Below are positions 61,787-64,000 of a stretch of 64,000 nucleotides of DNA, piece by piece. The position numbers were made by a program, and so were the translations under genes. Origin of the DNA: Lingula anatina (lineage: Eukaryota; Animalia; Brachiopoda); assembly GCA_051362555.1 (NCBI GenBank), contig CM120640.1, forward strand, positions 69,294,788 through 69,358,787, written 5' to 3'. The notes under the pieces were generated by a model. That model saw only the letters and a list, made by a program, of their open reading frames with translations, did not search any database and was not told the origin of the DNA. The number at the start of each line of letters is the position of its first letter. Position 1 is the stretch's first letter.

Positions 61787-62112
61787 AAAAGAACGAACCA
61801 AAGGTCATTGCACTCATTAATAAATAAAAAATATGTGTTACACAGAGCCTTTCCTTCTTCTATTCATTTAAAATTCTATCCTAAAGCGTGTTTTTATTTC
61901 GCACTTAACACACCGTACTAAATGCCAATTATTAGTATACAGGTAAACTTGCTTCGATTTTCAAAGTACATAAACACAAATTGTATAAATAATGCCAACA
62001 ATAATACTGTTCACGATAATAATGATGCTTAACTTGCTCAATTTTGACATCATTAATTGGCCCTTTCACATTTTAAAATTAGATAAAAGCATTCAGTAGT
62101 AAAGATACTTGC

Positions 62113-63918
62113 CGACTAGCTTTTCAAGTGTGTACACTGGTATTTGCTCGATGCGCTGAAAATTTAATTCTTCATAAAATATCCTTAGCTCCAAGTATTC
62201 TTTTCTAAAAAGATACGGAACAATTTAATCTTGATGGAGATAAGTTCAAAGCCGTTTCAATATTTCTCTTAAATGGACAAATTAGAAAATTGATATATCT
62301 TCAGGATACAATATACAAAATGCTAACAAAGATTCCACTTAGATGATCTTATTAAGATATTTTAATAGCACAGTGCTAATTTGCTCACGGTAGGCCATTT
62401 TATCATTCAAGGTGTCTTTTTAAAATATCCTGTAAAAAAAAAGCACATATTTACTTTGACTTTGGGTATGTGGTGTTATGGTTATCTTTCATAATTTATA
62501 AATGAAAATTTTGCGTCAAACCTGAGGTATTCCAATGGTTTATCCTGAGGGAGCTCGTCTGGAAGATGACCAATACTGAAATCTGCTGGATAGGTGGCGC
62601 TGTTCAAATTCACGCTGTATTGCGTGTCTTTACATGGCGGGCGGCAGCAATGGTGGTTACGCTCTTGGTGGTACCTTTCTGAAAAAAAAATAATAAAAAA
62701 CAACTTGATTTTTGCAGATTGCCAGAAACATCAACCTAGTCTATTTATAGTTAGGCCTCGTTTTTTAGACCAAAATTCTATGTAAGTATATAATTAGATG
62801 TTACTAAAAATGTCTAAAACCTACCCAAGACTTCGAGAGAGCAGTTTATGACCTCAGCTATGGTGCAAACGTTCGCAGGCCCTAAAAAGGCAAAAATAGT
62901 GCCGTTAATAAGAAAATTGATTAGCCTATCAATAATCCAAAATGACTATGCAAAAACTCAAATAATTAAGACTAAATTGCAGAATGGGCCAAAATGCATT
63001 TTTCATTAACGCAAGTTCATGTACATATGGCAAGATAAATAAATATGAATGCTTGTTAAATCAGCAAACACCTGCCTGGATGAAACTCCATCTTACAGCC
63101 GCATAGACTGACTAAATGCTCCATCTCACACTCCAGTTCACACGCCGAGAAGCTGTAATCGCTCGTGTGTTTCAGTGGATTAACAAACTCTGCGTCATCC
63201 GTGGCAACGCAGTTAAAGCCCTTGTAGGGTGGTGGCAAGCCGACCAGCTACAGAGATTAAAAAAAGTGTTGAATTCGACAAATGACATCAACTTTTTTGC
63301 CCTGATAATCATTTGTATGAAGAAAAGTATAAGTTAGTTTTTCTTATACTGGATACAAGCATCTTTTGGCTGATCTTTAAATATATGCGTGTCATAAACA
63401 TTTTTGAATAGTTTTGGGCATGTAGAATATTTCAAGAGCACTTATTGCCGTTCTCTTGTCGTGCTCGTCGTTTAGGCCGGGCGTCTGTTTTGTGTTGGAG
63501 AAACCAAGATTATTATCTACACGAAACTTAAATATCATACATTCATTCATTATTAATTGCTTATATGAATTATATATACATGTGTCCGATTGGGCACGGA
63601 AGGCAGCAGTATGAGGTGGCTTTATGTGTTACTGAGGGTATACAGAGTATGTTCTGGATGCACGACTGAATGCCATGTATAGCAGATATAGGAAGTAAAT
63701 TATTTTATTAAATGAAATTATGTCTGCCTTTCGTTGCATACATCCACTGTTACAAACAAACATATCACACAAAGAAATGGAAATTTGAATTTTTCTAATG
63801 TATTTGTTTGAAGTCTCACCTCCATCTTCTGTATGGGAAGGTAATTGTCCGTCCCGGGCGCCACAGCCACGCCTAAATTCTTGACCATCGGCGTTTCCTT
63901 GTGGCCATGTACCTGAAC
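62113..63918 (-). CDS. DEG/ENaC (ASIC-like) amiloride-sensitive sodium channel subunit, internal/3' exons; 5' part outside window
   Basis: Exons 63918-63820 (VQVHGHKETPMVKNLGVAVAPG), 63247-63076 (LPPPY..YSFSACELEC..CGC..HPG), 62881-62825 (PANVCT..C), 62678-62522 (CCRPPC..Y..SATYP), 62204-62113 (LRIFYEELNFQRIEQIPVY). This is the Cys-rich thumb and pre-TM2 region typical of the family. Confidence 0.88.
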
Positions 63919-64000
63919 CTGTCAACAAATAGACATTATGGAGTCCATTATTATGATGACGTACTGGCAACTTCAGATTAATAAAGACTAACAGCCAAAA

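Noticed and set aside
62389-62429. AG/GT-bounded segment in an ENaC intron
   Set aside because: Stops in all three frames, and the flanking exons join in phase without it.

Overview
AT-rich, intron-rich eukaryotic DNA from an invertebrate metazoan, probably a lophotrochozoan (inferred; I cannot identify the species). It contains: (1) an intronless biogenic-amine GPCR (+, 7170-8957), apparently nested antisense in a >28 kb intron of INPP5F; (2) the first 9 coding exons of INPP5F/SAC2 (-); (3) a complete 23-exon POLR2B/RPB2 (+), sharing a ~390 bp bidirectional promoter with INPP5F; (4) a 10-exon, ~601 aa RGM/hemojuvelin-like protein (+) with a GDPH motif, ending in a transmembrane helix and cytoplasmic tail instead of a GPI signal; (5) a probable 4-exon, very basic orphan gene (-); and (6) 3' exons of a DEG/ENaC (ASIC-like) channel (-) with GC splice donors and no recognisable TM2 exon. 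POLR2B introns hold a small family of H/ACA snoRNA-like genes. Two share a near-identical 5' hairpin whose pocket matches the 18S rRNA site GCCCUU-U-G-UACACA. There are also several MITEs and microsatellites. All exon models were assembled by eye from splice signals, phase and recalled homology; no searches were run.
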